Below are positions 16,915 through 26,265 of a stretch of 64,000 nt of DNA, one piece after another. Each line of letters begins with the position of its first letter. Within the stretch, counting starts at the first letter, position 1. A program made the translations under genes and the position numbers. Under the pieces are notes generated by a model. It was not told where the DNA came from. It saw only the letters and a list, made by a program, of their open reading frames with translations, and made no database searches. Source of the stretch: an uncultured Chthonomonadaceae bacterium (lineage in GTDB: Bacteria; Armatimonadota; Chthonomonadetes; Chthonomonadales; Chthonomonadaceae); the NCBI GenBank assembly GCA_963835065.1, contig CAWIEK010000009.1, positions 1 through 64,000 on the forward strand, in the 5' to 3' direction.

Positions 16915-19863
16915 ATGAGGGTACGCCGCTATGCGGGGCTGACGGTTTTGATAACGCTGCTGATGCTTGCTTTACCGGCGTTGAAAATGGTTGCGGGCAC
17001 TTTGCCTGCAGCCCCGGAACGGCTCGAACCGCAAAACACGCCGGAAGCCCAAAAAGCGCCGCCGGGACTTGCCAATGCGGATTTTGAACAGGGCGCCGTG
17101 GGGCAAACGCCGCCGGGATGGTTTGTGCCGCCGGCAGTAAGCGCGGCGGGGTTCAGCGCGGTAATTACCAATGACCGGCCCAAAAGCGGCAGGCAGTGCG
17201 TCCTGGTGCAGGGCGGGCCGAACGTGGAAATCAACGAGAATTCGTTCGGCAACATCATGCAAACGCTGGACGCCACGCCGTACCGGGGCAAGCGCATCCA
17301 TTTTCACGCGGTCATTCGCCTGCAGGCGGCTGCGCCCAACGATCAGGCGCGTATCTGGCTGCGCGTGGATCGCGCGAACGGCGCAATGGGCCTGTTCAAC
17401 AACATGAGCGACCACCCGCTTATCGTCAGCGATAAAGCCTGGCACGACTGCAACATTGTCGGCAATGTGGAAGCCGACGCGGAACGCCTGAGTTTGGGAT
17501 TGCTGCTGATTGGAAAAGGCAAGGCGTGGATGGACAACGTTTCGCTGACCATTGAAGGCGACGCGAAAGAAGCCAATGGCAAAGCCGCAAATGGTAGGGG
17601 AGGCAAGGCGGGGGCGAAGGTGGCGGAAGCGATGCCAATTCCCTCCCCAGCGACAACCGAACGGTTGGCCGGATTGTGCCGGGTATGGGGCGCGGCCAAG
17701 TATTTCCACCCCTGGCTGGCCTACAAAAACATAGATTGGGATGGGGCGTTGGTTGCCGCCATTCCCAAAGTGCGCGCGGCCACAAGCGCCGGGGAATACA
17801 AAGCGGCGATTGACGGCATGCTGGCAGCCCTGCGCGACCCGGCCACGCACACGCTTCCCCTGCCGGGAACCAAGGTGGAAGCCACAAACGGCAACGGGGT
17901 AAAATCCACGCCCCCGGCAGGCAAGGACGGCGGCAAATCGCAGCCGTATGTCCGCTGGCTCGACCCGAAAACCGCCCTGATTGTGGCGGACGATTGGACG
18001 CAGTTCGTGGGGAATGGCAGGAGAAGCCGCCAGTTCATTGAGGTATTTCAGGAAGCCAGCCGGGCTTCAGCGATCATTTTCGATCTGCGCAACACCTCTC
18101 CAAATCTGGAAACCGCGTATTGGCTGCGCTCCGCCTTTGAGCAGGGACTTCCTGCGCTGCTGACCACCGACCTGCCCCTCGCCACGTCGCGTCACCGCAT
18201 GTACTCCGGCTACCCGCCCCAGGTTGGCGGAACCAGTGGCGGCTATTACACCGCATGGGTCACGCCGCAGGCAAGCGTGATGCGGGCCGTCAAAACCCTG
18301 CCCGCCCCGCCGCGCATGGCGTTTCTGGTCAACGCGAATACAGCGGGCATCAGCGACATCTGCAGCGGCTTGCAGGCGGCGAAACTGGCGACGATTGTGC
18401 AGGAAGGCGATGCGCAGGCGGAACCGGACGCCGACACCTACGCCATGACACTTCCCGACAATGTGACCGTGACCCTGCGCGTCGGCGAGGCTGTCAGTCC
18501 GAGCGGAACGGTTGGCTTTCAGCCCGACCTTGTGGTTCCCGCCTCGAAAAACCGGAGTGACAGCAACCCCGCGCTGCTGGCCGCGCGTAAAATTTTGCAG
18601 CAGCCTGTCGGGGCGCCCAAAACTAAAACCGCCCCGCCTCCGGGAATGAGTCTGCGCCCGGAAAACACGTATGCGGATATGTCGTACCCAGCCGCCGAAT
18701 ACCGCCTGCTGTCGCTGTTCCGGCTTTGGAACGTGATCCACTACTTTTATCCTTACAAACACCTGATGGACGTGTCGTGGGATAAAACGCTGACTGATTT
18801 CATTCCGCAGTTTGAAACGAACCAGAACGCGCTGGATTACGCCACAACCGTCGCGCATCTGGTTGCCCGCTTCAACAACTCGCACGGCTTTACCCGCAAC
18901 CCTGTTCTGGAACAGCAGCTTGGCACGGCAACCGCCCCGCTCGCGCTCAGGCAAATCGAAGGCAAAACCGTTGTCGTCGCCATTCCTGACCGGGAAAAGA
19001 ACAACGTCGGCGGGATTGGAGTGGGCGATGTGATTCTGGCGGCAGACGGCGAGGACATGGACAAGCGGCGCGAAAGTTTGGGGCCGTTGTTTGCGGCTTC
19101 CACGCCGCAGGCATTGGCGGGGCGCGTCAACCCCTATCTTCTGCGCGGGCCGAGGGGCAGCAAAGTGAAAGCGCGGGTGCAGGGCAGAGATGGAACCGTC
19201 CGCGAAGTGGAACTGACCCGCTCCACGCCGTATGTCGCGCCGCCGCCGCGAACCACGCCCGTTTTCGACGTCCTGTCGTCCGGTTTGGGCTACATGGATT
19301 TGGCGCGTTTGCAGCCGCCGCAGGTGGACGAAGCGTTCGCAAAGGTGAAGGACACACCCGGCCTGATTTTCGACATGCGCGGCTACCCGAATGGAACCGC
19401 GTGGGCGATTGCGCCGCATCTCACGAGCAGAGCCACGCCCGCCGCCCGTTTCCAGCGCCCCGAACCGCACAGCCCGGATACGGACGACACGACGGTACGC
19501 CAGTTTATCCAGTCTACTCTGGGCGGCGCGGGCGACATTTACAAGGGCAAAGTGGTCGTCCTTATCAACGAGGATGCCATCAGCCAATCGGAGCATACGT
19601 GCCTGTTTATCGAAGCGTGTACGCCGACAACCTTCATCGGGACGCCGACAATGGGCGCGAACGGCGACGTCACCAACGTCGTGCTGCCCGGCAACATACT
19701 GGTAAACTTCACCGGGCATGACGTGCGCCACGCCGACGGGCGCCAACTACAGCGCGTCGGCATCCAGCCCGATATTAAAGTCGCGCCCACGATTGAAGGC
19801 ATCCGGCAGGGCAAGGATGAAATACTGGAAGCCGCCATCGCCTACCTGACGACTCGAAAGTAA
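16915..19863 (+). CDS. Secreted S41 family peptidase with N-terminal carbohydrate-binding-like domain
   Basis: Signal peptide, NADFEQG jelly-roll start, VWGAAKYFHP, LWNVIHYFYPY, DMRGYPNG, AISQSEH, GANGD; SD AAGGAG. Confidence 0.9.
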   Translation: MRVRRYAGLTVLITLLMLALPALKMVAGTLPAAPERLEPQNTPEAQKAPPGLANADFEQGAVGQTPPGWFVPPAVSAAGFSAVITNDRPKSGRQCVLVQGGPNVEINENSFGNIMQTLDATPYRGKRIHFHAVIRLQAAAPNDQARIWLRVDRANGAMGLFNNMSDHPLIVSDKAWHDCNIVGNVEADAERLSLGLLLIGKGKAWMDNVSLTIEGDAKEANGKAANGRGGKAGAKVAEAMPIPSPATTERLAGLCRVWGAAKYFHPWLAYKNIDWDGALVAAIPKVRAATSAGEYKAAIDGMLAALRDPATHTLPLPGTKVEATNGNGVKSTPPAGKDGGKSQPYVRWLDPKTALIVADDWTQFVGNGRRSRQFIEVFQEASRASAIIFDLRNTSPNLETAYWLRSAFEQGLPALLTTDLPLATSRHRMYSGYPPQVGGTSGGYYTAWVTPQASVMRAVKTLPAPPRMAFLVNANTAGISDICSGLQAAKLATIVQEGDAQAEPDADTYAMTLPDNVTVTLRVGEAVSPSGTVGFQPDLVVPASKNRSDSNPALLAARKILQQPVGAPKTKTAPPPGMSLRPENTYADMSYPAAEYRLLSLFRLWNVIHYFYPYKHLMDVSWDKTLTDFIPQFETNQNALDYATTVAHLVARFNNSHGFTRNPVLEQQLGTATAPLALRQIEGKTVVVAIPDREKNNVGGIGVGDVILAADGEDMDKRRESLGPLFAASTPQALAGRVNPYLLRGPRGSKVKARVQGRDGTVREVELTRSTPYVAPPPRTTPVFDVLSSGLGYMDLARLQPPQVDEAFAKVKDTPGLIFDMRGYPNGTAWAIAPHLTSRATPAARFQRPEPHSPDTDDTTVRQFIQSTLGGAGDIYKGKVVVLINEDAISQSEHTCLFIEACTPTTFIGTPTMGANGDVTNVVLPGNILVNFTGHDVRHADGRQLQRVGIQPDIKVAPTIEGIRQGKDEILEAAIAYLTTRK

Positions 19864-20010
19864 GACACTATCGCGGTTTCCAACGCCGCAAAGAAACAGC
19901 AGTCTTCCATCCTGAACGGATTCATTTTTGAGAAACTGTTCCTAAATGGAGGGTTTTCGGGGTACAGTATGGGGAGCGGATTGTCCGCATAGTTAAGGAG
20001 AATACAAATC

Positions 20011-20211
20011 ATGGCTTCTCGCCACAAAGGCCGGCACAAGCCACGCCATCACACGCATAAGGTAAAACCGTCGCATCAATTGCGCACTGCGCTGCCGCCC
20101 CTGCCGACGCAGGACGCCGATGCTGTCAGCGCCACCGCGTCAACAGCCGCCGTTGCGGACGAACAGACGCAATCCGAAACCCTTTCTGCCGCGCCCGTCG
20201 CTGCGGAATAA
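20011..20211 (+). CDS. Small protein with His/Lys/Arg-rich N-terminus
   Basis: SD AAGGAG, 66 aa ORF, terminator directly after. Confidence 0.7.
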   Translation: MASRHKGRHKPRHHTHKVKPSHQLRTALPPLPTQDADAVSATASTAAVADEQTQSETLSAAPVAAE

Positions 20212-20228
20212 AGCAAGCGCCCAACCAT

Positions 20229-20273
20229 ACAAACAGCCTGATGCTTATGCGGCATCAGGCTGTTTGTGTTTTT
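20229..20273 (+). terminator. Intrinsic terminator (possibly bidirectional)
   Basis: ACAAACAGCCTGATGC / GCATCAGGCTGTTTGT stem followed by T-run. Confidence 0.8.
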
Positions 20274-20322
20274 AAAGCACGGTTAAAAAGCGCGTTGTAA
20301 AGCGGCTTGGCGGAACGCGCGT

Positions 20323-21939
20323 TTATTTTTTGCCGATGCAGACCACTTCCTTCATGCTGCGGTGGTACAGGCGGCCATTGGCATAGCTGATGCTGTTCAG
20401 GCTCCACGTTTGCCCCGCCGGTCCGAGGTCGTTGACGGCCAGCAATGCTTTTTCATCCAAGACTTTCGCCTGCCCGTCAATCACATACGTCACGCCGAGC
20501 ATCGTGGTGAAGAAGATTTTGCCGTTGACAACGGTGGGGCTGCCCAACATGCACCACCACCAGCCGTCGCGCTTGGAGCGCGGATCGCCCGCCGCATCTA
20601 TGCCGCGTGAATTCGTCGTGGAAGACGGCTGCTCCTGCCCCCAGATTGGCTTGTCAGGCTGGTTGGGTTCGCGTACCATCTGCACGGGCAATTCAAGATA
20701 CTCCACTTTGTCCGTCTGGATGTTGACGCGCCCCACGCAATGCGCCGGTCCGGAATGGCTGGCCGCGTCCGTGAAGCACAGAAAATAGTGCCAGTCGCCG
20801 ACAACGATGTTGGTGAACCACGCGGGGAATACATGCGTGGGCGGCGACAGTTTGCCCAAATCAACGTCCGCTTCCAAAACGTATTTGCTCGAAGTCGCAT
20901 CGTAACGGCGCACATCCGCTTTGGCGGTCAGGGATTGCGTTTTGATCCATTTTCCATTGCGGGTATCAATGACAATGTGTTCGCTGTTGTCCGAGTCAAT
21001 CCAATAAGCGTGCTGTTTGTCCCAGTGCATGTTGTACAAAGCCTTGCCTTTGGCCTCGTACAGCCACAGGGTTTTGCCTTCCCTGCCCGGCGCGAGACTG
21101 GTCAGAGTCAGGCCAATGGGCGTTTCCGGCACGTCATGGTAGCCGCCCCGTCCCTGCAAAACGGCGGGCGTTCCGTCCCCTGTTGTGCCCATGACCGGCG
21201 TGTTGTAGTGCGTCAGGGCGTCCTCGGAAACCCACAGCGTTTTGCCCGTGTTCTTGTCCAGCCCGCGCAGGTAGTTCCAGGCGTCTTTTTCGCGCTTCGG
21301 GTCGTCCGCGTCACGGGGTTCCATGTTGACAAGCGCATTGCCCGCTATGAACGGCTCAAACTGCTTGTTGAAAGGCCGTCCTCCGGTTGGCTTCCACTGC
21401 CGCATCCAGAGAGGCTTGCCTTCGTAATCATAGCATCCCACCGAGCCGCTGGAATTAACGAACCACACATGCTTGCCGTCCGTAACGGGAGTGGGCGAGG
21501 AGGAGTCGCTGTAGCCATACGCATACGTGCTGTCCTCGCTGCCGGGCAGGTCGCAGGCCCACAGAATTTTCCCCGTGCGGCTGTCCAGGCAGTAGCCGAC
21601 GGCCTCGTGCCCCTCCTTACGCGCCGTGTTGGATTCGAGCGGCTTCATCGTGGTCAAAAACAGGCGATTGCCCCAAACCGCAATGCCGCTTTGCCCCGCT
21701 TCCGGCAACGTGGTTTTCCACACGATGTTCTGGTTACGCGCTACGCTCCATTGCAGGGGAACCTCGCGTCCCGTGACCGCCCATGATCCGTTCGGTCCCG
21801 CCGCCTGCGGCCAGTGGTTCGCATTCTGCGCGTCGTTGGCATACGGGCGGCGCATGGCTCCCGCCACAAACGCGCTTGCCAGGCTCAAACACAATCCGCT
21901 GACAGCAAGCGCGGACAAAGCAGTTTTCCATTTACGCAT
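20323..21939 (-). CDS. Secreted PQQ-binding-like beta-propeller protein
   Basis: Signal peptide; NWP-like start (HWPQAAGPNG), NIVWKTTLP, SPTPVTDGKHV, TGKILW repeats. Confidence 0.85.
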   Translation of the reverse strand: MRKWKTALSALAVSGLCLSLASAFVAGAMRRPYANDAQNANHWPQAAGPNGSWAVTGREVPLQWSVARNQNIVWKTTLPEAGQSGIAVWGNRLFLTTMKPLESNTARKEGHEAVGYCLDSRTGKILWACDLPGSEDSTYAYGYSDSSSPTPVTDGKHVWFVNSSGSVGCYDYEGKPLWMRQWKPTGGRPFNKQFEPFIAGNALVNMEPRDADDPKREKDAWNYLRGLDKNTGKTLWVSEDALTHYNTPVMGTTGDGTPAVLQGRGGYHDVPETPIGLTLTSLAPGREGKTLWLYEAKGKALYNMHWDKQHAYWIDSDNSEHIVIDTRNGKWIKTQSLTAKADVRRYDATSSKYVLEADVDLGKLSPPTHVFPAWFTNIVVGDWHYFLCFTDAASHSGPAHCVGRVNIQTDKVEYLELPVQMVREPNQPDKPIWGQEQPSSTTNSRGIDAAGDPRSKRDGWWWCMLGSPTVVNGKIFFTTMLGVTYVIDGQAKVLDEKALLAVNDLGPAGQTWSLNSISYANGRLYHRSMKEVVCIGKK

Positions 21940-22068
21940 GGCTTGGTTCCTTCAAAGTTCCTGATAACGAGGAGGTGATGCCCTGTTATTTCGACATCGG
22001 AGGCAACTTTTCCTTATCCGTTGCTGTCAATTCAGTGAGGAGCGGGGCAGGCAAATGCGGGTTCCATC

Positions 22069-22097
22069 TTGACAGCAGGGCGCAGGCAGAGTATAAT
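22069..22097 (+). promoter_or_regulatory. sigma70 promoter of tRNA-Gln
   Basis: TTGACA-N17-TATAAT perfect consensus. Confidence 0.9.
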
Positions 22098-22110
22098 TGA
22101 GGTTGTATGA

Positions 22111-22181
22111 TGAGGGATCGTCCAATGGCAGGACAGCGGTCTTTGGAGCCGTTAATCGTGGTTCGAATCCACGTCTCTCAG
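22111..22181 (+). tRNA. tRNA-Gln (anticodon TTG)
   Basis: Cloverleaf: acceptor TGAGGGA/TCTCTCA, D arm GTCC/GGAC, anticodon loop CT-TTG-GA, T loop GGTTCGAATCC; CCA not encoded. Confidence 0.96.
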
Positions 22182-22270
22182 CACTTATAAAATCAACAAA
22201 GTGGAAAAGGCGCTGTTTTCAGGCGATGTGAAAAGCCGATACAGCGCCTTGATTCTGTTTGGGAACGATC

Positions 22271-22855
22271 CTACGGTTTTTGATTGCGGTCTTCCAGAGA
22301 AACCGAATCGCGCAGTGACAACATCCGTACCTGCCGTATCCAGCGCGCGGGCCGCTTGTCGTCAGGCACGATGAAGCGGAACGGCCCTTCTTCCGGCGAC
22401 AGAAGTTTGCCATCTTTTTTGGTCGCTACCAGAATTAACTTATCCGTGTAATTGGGATCGAACTCCGGCAGGGCAAACAACACGCGGTACTTGTCGGCGG
22501 CTTCCACAAGCAGGTATGCCGTCAAATACTTGCCGTGCAAATTTTCCTTGAAGTTCATCCCGGCTTTCTGCATCACGTCCACCAGCGCCGCTCCGCTGTA
22601 GGTTATCTCCTGCCCACTTTGGTCATGTACCTTCACGCTTTTTTGCGGCAGGCTGTCCAGATCGGCAATTTGCAGCGTCTTCGGCTTGCTGTCCAGAAAG
22701 CGTACCGCCAATTCCGTTTTCACGGCATCGGCTTTGCTGTCGGCGGTTTTTGCGTCTTTTGCGGGTGGCTGCGCGGACAGCCCGACAGACAGCAGGCAGG
22801 CCGGAACAAGCAACACTTTGCGCAACGCTGCCGTAATGCGAACTTTGTAGAACAT
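22271..22855 (-). CDS. Periplasmic molybdopterin-dependent oxidoreductase-like domain protein
   Basis: Signal peptide; EAADKYRVLFALPE and EGPFRFIVPDDKRPARWIRQV motifs. Confidence 0.8.
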   Translation of the reverse strand: MFYKVRITAALRKVLLVPACLLSVGLSAQPPAKDAKTADSKADAVKTELAVRFLDSKPKTLQIADLDSLPQKSVKVHDQSGQEITYSGAALVDVMQKAGMNFKENLHGKYLTAYLLVEAADKYRVLFALPEFDPNYTDKLILVATKKDGKLLSPEEGPFRFIVPDDKRPARWIRQVRMLSLRDSVSLEDRNQKP

Positions 22856-23083
22856 GGATGTGATCTCCCCAAGATGTGCAGTTCAAAGTTTTCGTGTAAT
22901 TGCTTTCAGCCAGATTTATTCTTGTCGCAATGCTATTAGTTGTACGTATAAGCGTGCGCCACCTTCCGCAGAACGACATGGAAGAACAAACGATGGTCCA
23001 AAAGACAGGCAGAGCTAATCCGCCTTCAATTTGTGGTATCGTACAATACCATTTACCTACAAGTTACCTATCAAGGACGAGTC

Positions 23084-23791
23084 ATGAGCCAGGTACTTAA
23101 TTTTTACTGTGACGAAAGTTGTCATCTGGAACATGACGGTTCCAGCATTATGGCGTTGGGCGCTGTTTGGTGTTCTCTGGACAAGGTTCGTGAGGCGGCG
23201 GCACACATACGCGAAACCAAGCAGAAGCATGGACTAAAACCGGATTTAGAAATCAAGTGGGTGAAAGTTTCTCCCGCCAAGGTTGCCTTTTACCAGGAGT
23301 TAGTAGACTACTTTTTCGACAATGAGGACTTACACTTCCGCGCACTCATCGCAGCCGATAAGTCATTGTTGAACCATGCCGAACACAATCAAAGTCATGA
23401 CGATTGGTACTATAAAATGTATTTCGACATGCTCAAGGTAGTTCTGTCACCAACTGCTAAAAATCACATCTATCTTGACTACAAAGACACACATGGCGGC
23501 AAGAAAGTACAACATCTACATAATGCTTTGTGTAACAATGTTTATGATTTTTCGCGCCAGGTTATAGAGCGCGTCCAAATTGTGCGCTCACATGAAGTCG
23601 AACTACTACAACTTACCGATTTGTTGCTTGGGGCGGTCAGCTACGCAAATCGAAATCTCAATTCTAGCCCTGCTAAAAATCTTTTGGTAGCCCGGATGCG
23701 TGAACGTTCGGGATACTCCTTAACTCGCAAAACATTGCTCCGAGAAGAAAAAATGAACCTGTTCCGCTGGCAGGCTTCGTGGAGGGAGTAA
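23084..23791 (+). CDS. DUF3800-like protein (RNase H-like acidic motifs)
   Basis: N-terminal FYCDESCHL, EIKW, IYLD, C-terminal LQLTDLLLGA (QxxD); visibly more AT-rich than flanks. Confidence 0.85.
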   Translation: MSQVLNFYCDESCHLEHDGSSIMALGAVWCSLDKVREAAAHIRETKQKHGLKPDLEIKWVKVSPAKVAFYQELVDYFFDNEDLHFRALIAADKSLLNHAEHNQSHDDWYYKMYFDMLKVVLSPTAKNHIYLDYKDTHGGKKVQHLHNALCNNVYDFSRQVIERVQIVRSHEVELLQLTDLLLGAVSYANRNLNSSPAKNLLVARMRERSGYSLTRKTLLREEKMNLFRWQASWRE

Positions 23792-24288
23792 TGGCCGATA
23801 CTCCAGACTGGCTTCCTGAACTGGTACTCTTCGATAATTACGATGGGAACTGGCCTCGTTATGAGTCAGCATTGTACAACTTCTTTGAAGCTGACTTTTT
23901 GCAGGGTGGGCCATTCTTTCGAGGTATTGAAGTAAAATTTAAGCGTCACCCAATGTCAAAGGAAAAAGTGGCGACGTTCTGGCATATCATTTCGGAAGGC
24001 CCAATTGAAGAGGAACGGCAGACGGATTTTCGGCGATGTGAACACATTCGATGGCCTCGCGCTGTTATTGAAAACAGTGAAGATTCGTGTGTCAAGATAT
24101 GGGAGAACGAGAACCGGGGAGAGAAACGGGTCTGCATCTGGCTTGAGCAAGAAGAGTATTTAGTAGTATTGGGTTTTCGAGGTGTAAACTTCGTCCTGTG
24201 GACAGCCTACTGCGTCACAGAACAACACCGCAAAAGGAAGCTTCAACGCGAATATGAAAACTATCAAAAGGATGATGCCGCCTCATAA
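23791..24288 (+). CDS. DUF3800-associated hypothetical protein (possible RelE/BECR-like RNase)
   Basis: TAATG stop/start overlap, SD GGAGG; FWHIIS, RRCEHIRWPR, YLVVL..R, LWTAY motifs. Nuclease fold is inference. Confidence 0.75.
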   Translation: MADTPDWLPELVLFDNYDGNWPRYESALYNFFEADFLQGGPFFRGIEVKFKRHPMSKEKVATFWHIISEGPIEEERQTDFRRCEHIRWPRAVIENSEDSCVKIWENENRGEKRVCIWLEQEEYLVVLGFRGVNFVLWTAYCVTEQHRKRKLQREYENYQKDDAAS

Positions 24289-24335
24289 AAATATGAGACG
24301 GCATCGCTACTCCTTCCACACATGGTAGATAAGCT
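24266..24335 (-). ncRNA. Candidate ~70-nt small RNA convergent on the DUF3800 operon
   Basis: Lies between a minus-strand promoter (24342-24370) and a hairpin plus U-tract (24266-24305). Confidence 0.65.
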
Positions 24336-24341
24336 AATTCT

Positions 24342-24370
24342 AGTATAACCCTTAAAGCGTGAAAAATCAA
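24342..24370 (-). promoter_or_regulatory. sigma70-type promoter for candidate sRNA
   Basis: Minus strand TTGATT-N17-TATACT. Confidence 0.7.
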
Positions 24371-24409
24371 GAGTAGATCGAAGATTCTATCAAACCTCGG
24401 TAAGTTATT

Positions 24410-24856
24410 ATGCTGAACAAAAACGCGCTTCCCCGTCCGAAACGCAGAAACGCTCCTCTTGCGGAACGTGAAATCGCTATTCGAGACGAATATATCACGC
24501 TTGGACAGTTGCTGAAAATGGCCGACATCATCAGCACGGGCGGCGAAGCAAAGTGGTATCTTGCGGAAACCGTTGTTATGGTCAACGGCGAACCGGAACA
24601 GCGGCGCGGGCGCAAACTCCGTCCCGGCGACCTGATTGCCGCGCCCGGTGTGCCGCCCGTCCGTCTTATCGCCCGCCCGCCTGCTCCACAAGCCGAAGAA
24701 ACGCCCACGCCGCCCGCCCCGCCAACCACGCGCCAAAAGCAAAAAGCCGCGTTTGCCGGGGATGCCGCCATACAGGGCAGTAACGCCGCGCCTTCCGCTT
24801 CCCAACCCGCTGCCAAAACGCGCGGGGAAGAACCCTTGTCAGGAGAACGCTCGTGA
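24410..24856 (+). CDS. S4-domain RNA-binding protein (YaaA-like) with Pro/Ala-rich tail
   Basis: EYITLGQLLKMADIISTGGEAKWYL...VNGEPEQRRGRKLRPGD. Confidence 0.9.
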   Translation: MLNKNALPRPKRRNAPLAEREIAIRDEYITLGQLLKMADIISTGGEAKWYLAETVVMVNGEPEQRRGRKLRPGDLIAAPGVPPVRLIARPPAPQAEETPTPPAPPTTRQKQKAAFAGDAAIQGSNAAPSASQPAAKTRGEEPLSGERS

Positions 24857-26157
24857 CGTTCAGCAGATTGTGGCTTGCCTTGTTCGCGCTTGGCCTTGCG
24901 CCCCTGCTGCTCAGTGGCGTATTGCCTGTAGGCGTGTGGCTGGCAATCGTTTGGTACGCGGCCCTGCTAGGCTTGGCAGTCGCGGACCGGCTGTGGTTTC
25001 CGCCGCTTGAAAAATTGATCGTTGCGCGTGACGTGGACGAGAAATTATCACTGGGCGCGGAAAACGACGTTCACATTCGTATTCACAATGCCACCAATGT
25101 TCCCGTGCATCTGGAGTTGCGCGACACGCCGCCCGAAGCCATTGCCAACGACCTTGACGACCTGCCGCTTGCGTTTGCTCTGCCGCCCAATACGCACCAC
25201 ATCGCTACCTACCATCTGCGCCCGACCCTGCGCGGCGATTACGCTTTTGACGACCTGTTTATCCGGGTGCGCGGGCGATTGGGCATGGTGCATCGGCTGC
25301 GGCGGATACCTGCGTCCCAACTGGTGAAAGTATATCCGAACCTGCGGGAAACGGCGAAGTTTGCGCTCATGGCGCGGCGGGGGCAGTTGCAGCAAACGGG
25401 CGTTCGCAAAGCCCGCTTGCAGGGCGCGGGGCGGGAATTTGAAAGCCTGCGCGAGTATCAGCCCGACGATGAACTGCGCCGCATTGACTGGAAAGCCACG
25501 GCCCGGCGTGGCGCACTGATTTCCCGCCAGTATGAAGTGGAAAAATCGCAGAACGTAATGCTGGTGCTGGACGTTGGCCGGACGATGCTGGCCGAAGTGA
25601 ACGGCATCCAAAAACTGGATTACGCCATCAACGCCGCCCTGACACTGGCGCATGTGGCGACGGAAGCGGAAGACAAAGTGGGACTGCTGGTTTTCGCCGC
25701 CGACACGCAAACCTATCTGCCGCCCCAAAAAGGCCGCGCGCAGGTACACGCCATACTGGAAGCCCTGCACAACGCGCAGGCAAGCCTCATTGAACCGGAC
25801 TATGTGAAAGCGCTCACTCTGCTGCAAACGCGATTTCGCAAACGTTCCCTGATGGTCTGCTTCACCGACCTATGGGACCCGGACTCGTCGCGCAGCACCA
25901 TTGCCGAACTCGCCAGTCTTCAGCCGCGCCACGTTGTCGCCGCCGTCACCCTGCTGGACACGAAACTCCAGCAAGCCGCCGAACAGGAACCCGCCACCCT
26001 CAACGCCGCGTATGAAAAAGCCGTCGCCACGCAAGTCCTGCAAGACCGCCAACGCGCCCTGTCTACGCTAACCGACCGGGGCATCCTCGTGGTAGACGCC
26101 CCGGCGGAAAAACTCTCGGCGGAACTGGTCAATCGGTATCTGGAAGCGAGGAGGTAG
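24853..26157 (+). CDS. DUF58 domain protein (MoxR/VWA-associated)
   Basis: EFESLREYQPDDELRRIDWKATAR, LDVGRTM; N-terminal TM pair. Confidence 0.92.
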   Translation: MTFSRLWLALFALGLAPLLLSGVLPVGVWLAIVWYAALLGLAVADRLWFPPLEKLIVARDVDEKLSLGAENDVHIRIHNATNVPVHLELRDTPPEAIANDLDDLPLAFALPPNTHHIATYHLRPTLRGDYAFDDLFIRVRGRLGMVHRLRRIPASQLVKVYPNLRETAKFALMARRGQLQQTGVRKARLQGAGREFESLREYQPDDELRRIDWKATARRGALISRQYEVEKSQNVMLVLDVGRTMLAEVNGIQKLDYAINAALTLAHVATEAEDKVGLLVFAADTQTYLPPQKGRAQVHAILEALHNAQASLIEPDYVKALTLLQTRFRKRSLMVCFTDLWDPDSSRSTIAELASLQPRHVVAAVTLLDTKLQQAAEQEPATLNAAYEKAVATQVLQDRQRALSTLTDRGILVVDAPAEKLSAELVNRYLEARR

Positions 26158-26265
26158 AGAGGAGATAAGAGATGAAGAGATGAAGAGAGGCATGAAATTC
26201 CTATAGATGGTTCAATGTGCACATACATCTTGTACTCTTATCTCTTCATCTCTTCATCCTTATCC
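26158..26265. repeat. Octamer (GATGAAGA) inverted-repeat cassette between convergent genes
   Basis: GATAAGAGATGAAGAGATGAAGAGA vs TCTTATCTCTTCATCTCTTCATC. Confidence 0.75.

Noticed and set aside
18067..19746. Long antisense ORFs (also 363-1568, 27825-29552, 48857-50185)
   Set aside because: Shadow frames opposite well-supported genes in GC-rich DNA; no recognisable motifs.
22111..24400. tRNA-Gln-anchored integrative island carrying the DUF3800 module
   Set aside because: No duplicated tRNA 3' end and no integrase were found in the window.
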